A stretch of 17,471 nucleotides of DNA from Candidatus Altiarchaeota archaeon (lineage in GTDB: Archaea; Altiarchaeota; Altiarchaeia; IMC4; SCGC-AAA252-I15). Below, in pieces: positions 7,669 to 16,406 of the stretch; the stretch's first letter is position 1, and the number at the start of each line of letters is the position of its first letter. Both the position numbers and the translations under genes were made by a program. The DNA lies in NCBI GenBank assembly GCA_043804895.1, contig JAZDIN010000040.1:1-17471 (forward strand). The letters are read 5' to 3'. Below the pieces are notes generated by a model that worked only from the letters and a program-made list of their open reading frames with translations, was not told the DNA's origin and made no database searches.

Positions 7669-8803
7669 GCTTTCCCATCCGCTCCAACGCAGTCCTGATC
7701 TTCTCCCTTGAGACCGAGTAACTGCACCGCACATACCCTTCGCCGCTGTCACCGAACGTGCTCCCAGGAACGACGACAACCTTACACTCGTTGAGGACCC
7801 GCCCGCAGAACTCCTCACTCGTGAGGCCGGTCTCCTTGATGTTGGCGAACGCGTAGAACGCACCCCTTGGCATAATGCACGAGACCTTGTCCAAACCGTT
7901 GAGGCCTTCCACGAGGAGCCTCCTCCGTTTGTCGTACTCATCGACCATCTTTTTCACATCGCTTGAGCACTCGTCGAACGCCAAAGCAGCGTACTGTGAC
8001 ACGGTGGGGGCGTTAAGCATCGCGTACTGGTGCACCTTCATCATCGCCTCGATTATCTCATCTGAGGCGGCAGAATATCCAAGGCGCCATCCCGTGAACG
8101 CATATCCTTTGCTGAAGCCGTTGATAGTGATTGTCCGATCCTCCATGCCGTTGAACGAGCCTATACTGTAGTGCTTGAGGCCATCGTAGACGAGGTACTC
8201 GTAGAGTTCGTCTGAGATGACTGTCAAATCGTGTTCGACCGCTATGTCCGCTATCTCCTCCAGGTCGCTCTTCCTCAGGACGCTCCCGGTCGGGTTGTTG
8301 GGTGAGGCGACGATTATCATCTTCGTCTTAGGTGTTACAGCCTTCTGAATCTCGTCCACGGATACCCGGAACTCGTCCTCCTCGTGCATCGCAACAGGTA
8401 CTGGAGTGCAGTGTGCAAACCACACGCACGGCTTGTATGCGACATAACTGGGCTCAGGCACGATGACCTCGTCGCCTGGGTCTAGCATGGCGCGGAACGC
8501 CAAATCCAACGACTCGCTCGTCCCGGTCGTGACTAGGATCTGCTTTTCTGGGTCAGCGTCAATATCGTTCTCCGTTTTCAGCTTTTTCGATATCTTCTGC
8601 CTCAAATCGATGAGGCCGTAGTTGGAGGTGTAGTTCTTCCTATCCGCCCTAATCGAGCTGATAGCGGCCTCCTTCATCGGCTGGGGCGTCGGGAAGTCCG
8701 GCTCACCCACACCAAGGCTCACCGCACCCTCTATCTTCGACGCCAAATCGAAGAACTTCCTAATACCAGAGAACGGCACCGCATTAACGCGCTTAGCAAC
8801 CAT
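7658..8803 (-). CDS. PLP-dependent aminotransferase class I/II (aspartate/aromatic type)
   Basis: SLGVGEPDF, SPNNPTG, ISDELYE, GFSKGYAFTGWRLG (PLP lysine), PRGAFY, GEGYVRCSY. Start placed at MVAKRV. Confidence 0.93.
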   Translation of the reverse strand: MVAKRVNAVPFSGIRKFFDLASKIEGAVSLGVGEPDFPTPQPMKEAAISSIRADRKNYTSNYGLIDLRQKISKKLKTENDIDADPEKQILVTTGTSESLDLAFRAMLDPGDEVIVPEPSYVAYKPCVWFAHCTPVPVAMHEEDEFRVSVDEIQKAVTPKTKMIIVASPNNPTGSVLRKSDLEEIADIAVEHDLTVISDELYEYLVYDGLKHYSIGSFNGMEDRTITINGFSKGYAFTGWRLGYSAASDEIIEAMMKVHQYAMLNAPTVSQYAALAFDECSSDVKKMVDEYDKRRRLLVEGLNGLDKVSCIMPRGAFYAFANIKETGLTSEEFCGRVLNECKVVVVPGSTFGDSGEGYVRCSYSVSREKIRTALERMGKLSL

Positions 8804-8879
8804 TTTAGAAAGATTTCTTATAGATAGCATTTGACGAATAAAAATACAATATTTAAGCGAATGATGCATAGGATGATAT

Positions 8880-9437
8880 ATGACAATTGCTACCGCTACT
8901 AAAGGAGAGAAACCAACGAAAGAAGTTGAAGATATTATGCTGTTCCAAACGAAGAAACGTCTTCTGCCAGATTACGTTATTTCAGGACTAAGAGAAGCTG
9001 TCGTAGGCAATCCGAGTATAAAGCTGAGAGGGATTTTAAACGAGTTCGATAGTCTGGAGAGTAAGGGACTTGACTTAAGTCGATTCCCGAAAGAAGCTCA
9101 ACATCTTGTGATACTGGCCAGCAAACACATCTCTTCCGACCCAATACTAGAGAAAAAACCAGAAATCGCCAGAGACATCATGAGGGAGGCTTTGCCAGCA
9201 ACATTGAAAGCACTGGTTGAATCAGAGGCAGAAATAGACTTGGGGAATATCAAAACAAATTGGAGTACGCTCAGTAATCTAGCCAATCGTATAGAACCAA
9301 CCAAAGCCAGGGCCGTGCTCACCTTTGATTTACCAGCTAAACTGAGAGATGGGGGAGCCGACATAAACTTGAAGGCGATATGGGCTGACGCGGTTGCATC
9401 AAGGACTGAGGAAATGAGGAAAATCCAACACCAGTGA
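8880..9437 (+). CDS. Hypothetical helical protein with a weak internal repeat
   Basis: 185-aa ORF filling the gap between genes, with TATTTAAG (8850-8857) upstream. No family recognised. Confidence 0.65.
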   Translation: MTIATATKGEKPTKEVEDIMLFQTKKRLLPDYVISGLREAVVGNPSIKLRGILNEFDSLESKGLDLSRFPKEAQHLVILASKHISSDPILEKKPEIARDIMREALPATLKALVESEAEIDLGNIKTNWSTLSNLANRIEPTKARAVLTFDLPAKLRDGGADINLKAIWADAVASRTEEMRKIQHQ

Positions 9438-9474
9438 GGCATATTTAATCTCATCCTTCGGGTTCTATTACATT

Positions 9475-10755
9475 ATGGGAGTAACAACCGCCCCTGCTAA
9501 GACTAAAGAGGGAATACCATCAGCTCTGATGGAGGATGTGCAAAGTCTGGGAGCGTCTGTCGAGGTGAAGGAGGCCGTAGATAGGGAGATTAAGGCGTTC
9601 GCCAAGGATGTGAAAACGCGGCTGAAAGCAATTGAGAAGGAAGCATCCTCATTAGGTGATGAGTTAATGGGTGGAAATGTTGAGAAAGCTTGGGATTCGT
9701 TCGACCGGGTTACAAAAGCCTCTGATGGACTGACTGCGCTGATTGGAGAGCGGTTGGAACGTGCGCGCCGTAAGCCTGAAAGACAAAACAATGATGTTTT
9801 CTCCGTTAACTTAAGCACTGGAGTGGTCGTTTCAGGCAGCCAGTCCTCGAGTGAGCGCCTAGGATGGTCAACTGGAGTTGAAGTTGACGCGACATTCAAA
9901 AAGAAGTTGACTGATGGCGCTATGCACCTTATGGGCAGGCCGAGTGTTGACGTTCAGTTGGAGGAGGATAATCTCGTGCAGTTGTTGCGCGTTGACTTCC
10001 CAGAGGGAAAGCCAGTAGCTATGCTGGTTTTTGCAGAGCCTATGTCGGAATCTCAGAAAGCAGTGATACACGAGTTAGGTGATTTCGCACATGACCTAAA
10101 GAACCCGATGCAGGGCTTCAACACAGCCATGCCACGTGTGATGGAGGCCTTAAGCACCGGCGATACTACGACGGCCGGGGAGTGGCTTGCACATATATCA
10201 AAAACATCTGAGAGATTGAGCGGTATTGTGGAGGATAGGCTTGAATGTTTGGAGGGGGCGGAAAAGAAGAGGATGGTGTTTTCCGTTTCAAACACTGTAT
10301 ACGACGCAAGTCGGATGTATTCAAAGTCGTTGACGCAGTCTGGCATAGACTTCAGTAGTGAAGTTGATAGGGATTTGCTCGTCTACGGAAACAGAAGCGA
10401 CATCAGAACAGTCTTCGTTAACCTAATCGAGAACTCAATCCCGCCCTTGTTGAAGGTTAATGGGGAGCGGAGGATAAGCGTGACTTCTGAAAAAGTCAAG
10501 TTCAGAGACGCTGATGCAATGAAGATAACTTTCTCTGACAACGGAGAGGGTTCAGACGATGATACTGAACGCTGGTTTGAGAGGGGTTACACAACAAAAG
10601 GCAGGGGCGGGACAGGCATAGGGTTGGCTAAAAGCAAGATCATAATCGAGGAGGAGATGGGCGGCTCGATAACAGTTGTGAGTAAGAGGGGGAAAGGGAC
10701 CACCTTTACGATAATCGTGCCGTTGGCTGAATCGAGAATGCAGATGGTAGCTTAG
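9475..10755 (+). CDS. Soluble sensor histidine kinase (HisKA + HATPase_c)
   Basis: H-box FAHDLKNP, N-box FVNLIENS, G1 DNGEG, F-box FERGYTTK, G2 GTGIGL. No transmembrane segment. Confidence 0.9.
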   Translation: MGVTTAPAKTKEGIPSALMEDVQSLGASVEVKEAVDREIKAFAKDVKTRLKAIEKEASSLGDELMGGNVEKAWDSFDRVTKASDGLTALIGERLERARRKPERQNNDVFSVNLSTGVVVSGSQSSSERLGWSTGVEVDATFKKKLTDGAMHLMGRPSVDVQLEEDNLVQLLRVDFPEGKPVAMLVFAEPMSESQKAVIHELGDFAHDLKNPMQGFNTAMPRVMEALSTGDTTTAGEWLAHISKTSERLSGIVEDRLECLEGAEKKRMVFSVSNTVYDASRMYSKSLTQSGIDFSSEVDRDLLVYGNRSDIRTVFVNLIENSIPPLLKVNGERRISVTSEKVKFRDADAMKITFSDNGEGSDDDTERWFERGYTTKGRGGTGIGLAKSKIIIEEEMGGSITVVSKRGKGTTFTIIVPLAESRMQMVA

Positions 10756-11807
10756 AGCAGTTTCTTCTTTAATGCTAGTTCTGCGTTGAGTATGCTGGCG
10801 CCTGCTGCGCCTCTGACGGTGTTGTGGCTGAGGCATGTGAATTTCAGCTTCTTCTCGCACTTTTTCCTGATTCTGCCGACTGACACTGCCATTCCATTAC
10901 CTGCGTCGCGGTCAAGTCTTGGTTGAGGCCTGTCAGGCTCTTCCCGGACTATTATGACTGGGTCTGGGGCTGTGGGGAGCTTCAGCTTCTGGGGGAGGCC
11001 TTTAAACTTCCGGAATGTCTCAGCAACGTCATCGACTTCGAAGTCTACGCTGGTGCCGACGAACACGCACTTCATGTGGCCGTCCATGGACTGGACTCTG
11101 TTGCATGAGGCGAACACGTCGAAGTTTGCGAACTCGACCTTCCCGCCCTTCATTTTACCAAGGAATTTGAGTGTCTCCTCCTCCACCTTCTCCTCCTCCC
11201 CGCCGATGTAGGGTATAACATTATCGACTATGGCCATGGAGGGGACTCCTTCGTAGCCTGCGCCGCTGAGGGCCTGCATCGTCGCCACATTCACCCACTC
11301 TATTCCGAACTCGTCAAATATTGGTTTCAGGGGAAGGGCTAGGCCGATTGTGCTGCAGTTGCCGTTTGTGACTATGTAGCCGTCCCAGCCGCGATTTTTC
11401 TTCTGACTCTTGATTAGGTCGTATTGCTCTGGGTTGACTTCCGCTATGACTAGAGGCACGTCCTCATCCATCCGGTAGGTTTTGGTGTTGCTGAACACTG
11501 GCACATGTTTTGCGAATGCGCCCTCAACCTCCCTCGCAATCTCGGATGGGATTGAGGAGAAGACTAAGTCAAGGTCGAATTGGTCGATTACCTTCGCATC
11601 CATTGGCTGCACAGTCATCTTCGCGATTTCATAGGGTATGTCGCCGTGGAGGTACCACTTAGCAGCCTCCTTGTACGTCTTCCCAGCGCTACGCTCAGAT
11701 GCGGCGAGGCATCCTATCCGGAAGTAGGGGTGACCCTCAAGGCCTCTGATGAAACGTTGACCCACCATCCCAGTGGCGCCTAAAATCCCGACATTGAGTT
11801 TTCTCAT
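10752..11807 (-). CDS. asd: Aspartate-semialdehyde dehydrogenase, archaeal type
   Basis: GATGMVGQ, catalytic NGNCST, TMQALSGAG, CNRV...DGH, DRPQPRLDRD, HNTVRGAAGASILNAE. Confidence 0.96.
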   Translation of the reverse strand: MRKLNVGILGATGMVGQRFIRGLEGHPYFRIGCLAASERSAGKTYKEAAKWYLHGDIPYEIAKMTVQPMDAKVIDQFDLDLVFSSIPSEIAREVEGAFAKHVPVFSNTKTYRMDEDVPLVIAEVNPEQYDLIKSQKKNRGWDGYIVTNGNCSTIGLALPLKPIFDEFGIEWVNVATMQALSGAGYEGVPSMAIVDNVIPYIGGEEEKVEEETLKFLGKMKGGKVEFANFDVFASCNRVQSMDGHMKCVFVGTSVDFEVDDVAETFRKFKGLPQKLKLPTAPDPVIIVREEPDRPQPRLDRDAGNGMAVSVGRIRKKCEKKLKFTCLSHNTVRGAAGASILNAELALKKKLL

Positions 11808-11845
11808 ACGCCCATGATATAGGAGTGGTTGAATAAAAAAAGCAA

Positions 11846-12463
11846 CTAACGGAGTTTCCTTTTGAGTATCCCAAGGCCGTGGTTGAAGAGGAGTTTGGCC
11901 TTATGCGCACTTTTCACATTCAGTTTGCCTGACGTCAAGGCCGTTCTGAAGTCGCCTTCGAATTCGACCGCAACCGAACCCACCTCCCGGAGAGTGTGAG
12001 CGTCGCTTCCCCCGACCACGGATATGCCGGACTCCAAGCAGACTGCCACCGGGTCGCGGGTGTTGCTGAAGGTGTGGCCGTTCACAGCCTCCACAGCGTC
12101 GAACTTGAGTTTTAGTATGAGGTCGCCGACTCCCCCACGTCGCCTGTCGTACGGGTGAGCTGCCACGGCAAGGCCGCCCTGGGAGTGTATCAACTCGATA
12201 GTCTCTGCTGCTGGGAGGTCCCTTGGTATGAGCTTAGTAACGTATAAGGCGAGGATATGGCCTTCGTCTGAGGACACCTCAACGCCGGGTATCACTGTGA
12301 GCCTGTGGGAGGCGTACTCCAAGGCCTTGAGCGAACCGTCGATGATGTCATGGTCTGTGACTGCAATTCCGGACAGGCCAATAGCCTTCGCGTATACGAC
12401 CAGCTCCTCAGGGGTAGCCAGGCCGTCTGAGTAGGTGGTGTGGGTGTGGAGTTCGTATAACAT
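11846..12463 (-). CDS. PHP-domain metal-dependent phosphoesterase
   Basis: ELHTHTTYSDG, AVTDHD, PGVEVS...GH, AAHPY, GGSDAH. Start placed at MLYEL, with TTTTAAA about 25 nt upstream. Confidence 0.9.
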   Translation of the reverse strand: MLYELHTHTTYSDGLATPEELVVYAKAIGLSGIAVTDHDIIDGSLKALEYASHRLTVIPGVEVSSDEGHILALYVTKLIPRDLPAAETIELIHSQGGLAVAAHPYDRRRGGVGDLILKLKFDAVEAVNGHTFSNTRDPVAVCLESGISVVGGSDAHTLREVGSVAVEFEGDFRTALTSGKLNVKSAHKAKLLFNHGLGILKRKLR

Positions 12464-12549
12464 GATGAGGTAATTGTGTTTGGGTTTAAAATAATGGTGA
12501 GGGTGAGGTAACTGCTGCACTTATTAATGCCTTTTGAGATTAGTTAGGT

Positions 12550-13074
12550 ATGGACGTCTATTTTGACGATTTTTACGGAAAGTATTCGCTAAGGCAGCAG
12601 TATGTTGAGATGTTCGCGCTTGCCGCGCTAGGATTCCTTTTACCGTTCACCGTAGGCCATCCGCAGATTCTCGTCGGAGTTCTTGTTAACGCTTTCATCA
12701 TCAGGGCCGCGCTCACTCTGCCAGAACACAAGGCCTTGCTCGTGGTTTTCACCCCAGTGCTCGGCGCCTTGGCAAGAGGGTTGTTGTTCGGGCCGTTCAC
12801 ACTCTTCCTCGTGTACATGGTGCCGTTCATATGGGCAGGGAATTACATCCTGATGAAGGCCTTCAGAGTGAGAGGAAACTATTTCCTGCGCCTTGGCGTT
12901 GGGTCGGTTGCGAAAACAGGCCTCTTGTTTGGTAGCGCATATGCGTTGTATTCCACAGGATTACTGCCTGCGCTCATGCTGTCGGCGATGGGGGTGATGC
13001 AGCTGACTACTGCGATAGCTGGCGGGATACTGGCGTACGGGGAACTGAAGGCAGAGAGACATCTGATAGGTTAA
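12550..13074 (+). CDS. Integral membrane protein resembling an ECF-transporter S-component
   Basis: 174 aa with about 6 hydrophobic helices. Motifs QILVGVLVNA, MVPFIWAGN and MQLTTAIAGG resemble S-component-like proteins (recognised from memory, not searched). Confidence 0.6.
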   Translation: MDVYFDDFYGKYSLRQQYVEMFALAALGFLLPFTVGHPQILVGVLVNAFIIRAALTLPEHKALLVVFTPVLGALARGLLFGPFTLFLVYMVPFIWAGNYILMKAFRVRGNYFLRLGVGSVAKTGLLFGSAYALYSTGLLPALMLSAMGVMQLTTAIAGGILAYGELKAERHLIG

Positions 13075-13077
13075 GGC

Positions 13078-14799
13078 CTATTTGCAGTCTTTTATTGTGC
13101 ACCTGTTGGTGTAGCTTGTGTGTAGGAGTTGGTGGGCCTGTTCGCTTCCGAATTCGCCGAGGTATTCCTTGTAGAGTGCAAGCACATCAGGGTTCTGGTG
13201 GGATTTCCTCAGCTTCTTGCCAGCGTCCTCCTTGTTCAAGGCCTCCGCCCTCTTTGCGAGAATCTCCTTCCTGTGCGGCGTCGGCTGGCCTCCGCCTCCG
13301 ACGCATCCTCCGTAGCATGCCATGATTTCTATGAAATGGTAGGGGCTCTTACCGTCCTTGATTTGTTCCATAAGCTTCCTTGCCTCCCCGAGCGTGTGGA
13401 CTACGCAAATCTTGACTGTCTCGCCTGCAATGTTTAATTCAGCCTCTTTCATGGTCTCCATGCCGCGGATTGACGTGTACTCTATACTGCCGAGGTCTTC
13501 GCCTGTCATGATGTCAGCAACAGACCTGAGGGCAGCCTCCATCACCCCCCCTGAGCGGCCGAATATGTCGCCTGCGCCTGATGAGAGGCCCATTGGGGTG
13601 TCGAATTCTGATGGGGGGAGTTTCAGGAAGTCTATGCTGTACTGTTTTGTTATTTTTGCAAGTTCCACTGTTGTGAGGACATAGTCAGCGTCGCCGTGGA
13701 ATTCCGGGCGCTGCACCTCAAACTTCTTGGCAGTGCAAGGCATGACGTCCACGAGGACTATGTCCTTGGAGTCTTTGCCTATCTTCTTGGCATAGTACGT
13801 CTTCACAAGCGATGCGAGGATTGCCTGCGGGCTCCGGCATGACGACATGTGGTCGAGCTCGGGGTAGAAGAACTGCTCCGCGAACTTTATCCATGCCGGG
13901 CAGCAAGTCGTTATCATCGGCAGGTCGCGTTTCTCCTTGAACCTTTTGATGAACTCAGTGCCCTCCTCCACAATACATATGTCAGCCCCGAAGTTGGTGT
14001 CGAACACTTTGTGGAACCCGAGCTGGCGTAGGGCGGCGACCATCTGGCCTGTGACAGGAGAGCCGGGGGGGAGTCCGAAGCATTCTCCGAGCGTCGCCCG
14101 GATGGATGGCGCAGCTTGGGCTATCAGGAATTTGTCAGAGTTGAGAGCATCCAGGACTTCAGGTATGCTGCTCTTCTCGGTGAGCGTCCCTGTCGGGCAT
14201 GCGACCACGCACTGGCCACAGTTGATGCACGGGCTCTCGTTCATGTTCATTCCAAAGGACGGGGCAACCTTTGTGTCGAAGCCTCTCTTTTGGAGCCCTA
14301 TTGCGTATACAGTCTGCACATCATTGCAGACACGGGCGCATTGTTCGCAGAGTATGCATTTGTTGTTGTCCCTGACTATGGACGGGCTTGATGTGTCCTT
14401 CTCCTCATTCCTTAACCTGGGGGGGAATGGCGTGTCCTCTATCATGAAATCGTGGGCGTACTGCTGCAAACGGCAAGTTAGGTTGCGTGGGCATGTCGTA
14501 CAGTTTAGGTCGTGGTTGGAGAGTAGGAGCTCTAGGTTCATCCTGCGCGCCTCAAGGATCCTGGGCGTGTGGGTCTTCACCTTCATGCCGTCTTGGATTG
14601 GTGTGCAACAGGATGCGACGAGCCTCGGGCTGCCTTCCACTTCGACCACGCACATCCTGCAAGCGCCGATTATGTCAAGCCTGGTGTTCCAGCAGAAGTG
14701 GGGGATGTCTATGCCGTTCCTCCTCGCCACCTCTATAAGCATCTCATCCTCCCCAGCATCCACTTCCCGACCGTTCAGGTGTATCTTGACTTGTTTCAC
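13078..14799 (-). CDS. hydA: [FeFe]-hydrogenase catalytic subunit, group A (573 aa from GTG 14799)
   Basis: H-cluster motifs TTCCPAW, MPCTAKKFE, EIMACYGGCVGGGGQP. N-terminal [2Fe-2S] (HFC...GACRMC...C), His-ligated [4Fe-4S] (HDLNCTTCPRNLTC), two [4Fe-4S] (CILCEQCARVC, CINCGQCVVACP), fused small-subunit tail RKSHQNP...LLHTSY. GTG overlaps the hydB TGA. Confidence 0.96.
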   Translation of the reverse strand: MKQVKIHLNGREVDAGEDEMLIEVARRNGIDIPHFCWNTRLDIIGACRMCVVEVEGSPRLVASCCTPIQDGMKVKTHTPRILEARRMNLELLLSNHDLNCTTCPRNLTCRLQQYAHDFMIEDTPFPPRLRNEEKDTSSPSIVRDNNKCILCEQCARVCNDVQTVYAIGLQKRGFDTKVAPSFGMNMNESPCINCGQCVVACPTGTLTEKSSIPEVLDALNSDKFLIAQAAPSIRATLGECFGLPPGSPVTGQMVAALRQLGFHKVFDTNFGADICIVEEGTEFIKRFKEKRDLPMITTCCPAWIKFAEQFFYPELDHMSSCRSPQAILASLVKTYYAKKIGKDSKDIVLVDVMPCTAKKFEVQRPEFHGDADYVLTTVELAKITKQYSIDFLKLPPSEFDTPMGLSSGAGDIFGRSGGVMEAALRSVADIMTGEDLGSIEYTSIRGMETMKEAELNIAGETVKICVVHTLGEARKLMEQIKDGKSPYHFIEIMACYGGCVGGGGQPTPHRKEILAKRAEALNKEDAGKKLRKSHQNPDVLALYKEYLGEFGSEQAHQLLHTSYTNRCTIKDCK

Positions 14800-16406
14800 T
14801 TTATGTCCTTGAACTTGCATACTCCGGCCGCGCAACGCTTCTTCAGCACGTGGTCTCTGTATTCGCCCATGAAGTTTTCCATTGTGGAGAGCACGGGAGA
14901 CGGGGCAGCCTGGCCGAGGCCGCAAAGAGACGTGTCCTTGATGAACGTTGAGAGTTTCATTATCATGTTCAGGTCATTTTCTGTTGCGGTCCCGCCGGTT
15001 ATCTTCTCCAAGAGTTCGAGCAACCTTGTGTTCCCCTCCCGGCAGGGGGTGCATTTGCCGCAGGATTCCTGTCTTGTGAAATCCAGGAAGTACCTTGACA
15101 TCTCGACCATGCAGTCCCTGTCGCTGAGAACAATGAACCCGCCTGAGCCGAACGGTAGGATATCATAGTCGAGGGGCTTGTCTATTTGACTGGCTGGTAT
15201 GCAGACGCCTGAGGGGCCTCCGGATTGGACTGCCTTCAGCTTAGTGCCTTTCGGCATTCCCCCTCCAATGTCGTATATGAACTCGCGGAGTGTGACCCCG
15301 AATGGAACTTCAACGACACCTGTTCGGTTGAGTTTTCCGACGAGGCATATGGTTTTGGTGCCCTTCGTCTTATCGGTCCCGACTTTGGTGTACTCGTCAA
15401 CACCTATCTTGAATATGGTTGTCACGTTGCCAAGTGTGTCGACGTTGTTCACATTCGTCGGCAAACCCCATAACCCCTTATCCGTGGGGTAAGGGGGTTT
15501 GGAAGTGGGGTATCCGCGGTTGCCCATCACAGAGTTTATGAGTGAGGTCTCCTCGCCGCAGACGAACGCGCCCGCCCCCTTCTTCATTATGATGTCAAGG
15601 TTGAATCCGTCCTTGCCGAGTATGTTCCGACCGAGCAACCCCTTCCGCTTGAGCCTGTTGATTGCCTCCTCACACGTCTTTATGGCGAGCGGGTATTCCG
15701 CGCGGACGTAAATGTAGGCCTCGTCTGAGCCTATCGCGTACGCCGCAATCAGCATCCCCTCAAGGACCTTGTAGGGGTCACTTTCAAGTAGTACGCGGTT
15801 CATGAACGCCCCTGGGTCGCCTTCGTTGCCGTTGCATATGATGTATTTCTTCCCCGAGTGTGAGGCCATCATAGCCCACTTCTTCCCAGTCGGGAACGCG
15901 CCGCCGCGACCTCTGAGGTTTGATTTGTCGACTGTTGCGATGACTTCCTGTGGGCTCATCTGAAGCGCCTTCTCAAGGCCGCTGAATCCGCCGCATGCGA
16001 CGTACTGTTCGAGGCTGGTTGGGTCTATTAGCCCACAGTTTTCCATCACCAGTCTGCGCTGCTTCTTATAGTAGTCTATGTCGGTCAGACTGTGGCCTGA
16101 GAGCATTTTTTTGTTCACCTTCCCCTGGCGTATCGACTTGATGAGTTCGCTGACGTTCTCTGAAGTCACTTTCGAATAGATTGAATAGATGCCATTCTGT
16201 CGGACTGTGACAACAGGCTCGTTATAGCACATGCCTGAGCATCCGACTGATTCCACGAGGATTCCGAGTTTGGACTGCCTTAGCTTGTCAAGGACTGGGA
16301 TGCCTCCCGCTGATATTCCGCAAGTAGCCAAACCGACTGTTATGCGGTCGCCTGAGAGCTGCTTCCTCGCCTCGCTTGCGTCGACTACGTCTTCTACTGC
16401 TTTCAT
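14796..16406 (-). CDS. hydB: NuoF-like FMN/NAD(H)-binding hydrogenase subunit, lacking the C-terminal 2x[4Fe-4S] domain
   Basis: N-terminal thioredoxin-like domain (TCGISAG...GCSGMC), RGRGGAFPTG, EGDPGAFM, GAGAFVCGEET, GGPSG, ESCGKCTPCREG...CGLG. Confidence 0.92.
   Translation of the reverse strand: MKAVEDVVDASEARKQLSGDRITVGLATCGISAGGIPVLDKLRQSKLGILVESVGCSGMCYNEPVVTVRQNGIYSIYSKVTSENVSELIKSIRQGKVNKKMLSGHSLTDIDYYKKQRRLVMENCGLIDPTSLEQYVACGGFSGLEKALQMSPQEVIATVDKSNLRGRGGAFPTGKKWAMMASHSGKKYIICNGNEGDPGAFMNRVLLESDPYKVLEGMLIAAYAIGSDEAYIYVRAEYPLAIKTCEEAINRLKRKGLLGRNILGKDGFNLDIIMKKGAGAFVCGEETSLINSVMGNRGYPTSKPPYPTDKGLWGLPTNVNNVDTLGNVTTIFKIGVDEYTKVGTDKTKGTKTICLVGKLNRTGVVEVPFGVTLREFIYDIGGGMPKGTKLKAVQSGGPSGVCIPASQIDKPLDYDILPFGSGGFIVLSDRDCMVEMSRYFLDFTRQESCGKCTPCREGNTRLLELLEKITGGTATENDLNMIMKLSTFIKDTSLCGLGQAAPSPVLSTMENFMGEYRDHVLKKRCAAGVCKFKDIK

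Noticed and set aside
9475-12463. PHP and kinase genes as a hydrogenase regulatory module, as in some clostridial hyd clusters
   Set aside because: Not operonic with hydCBA, separated by asd and an oppositely oriented gene, and no DRTGG or HydS partners are present.
13937-14812. 291-aa antisense ORF, and similar antisense ORFs over leuS, asd, the aminotransferase and hydB
   Set aside because: Shadow frames of well-supported genes, with no motifs of their own.
14800-14925. 42-aa N-terminal extension of hydA
   Set aside because: Lies inside hydB; GTG 14799 overlaps the hydB stop and begins the [2Fe-2S] domain.
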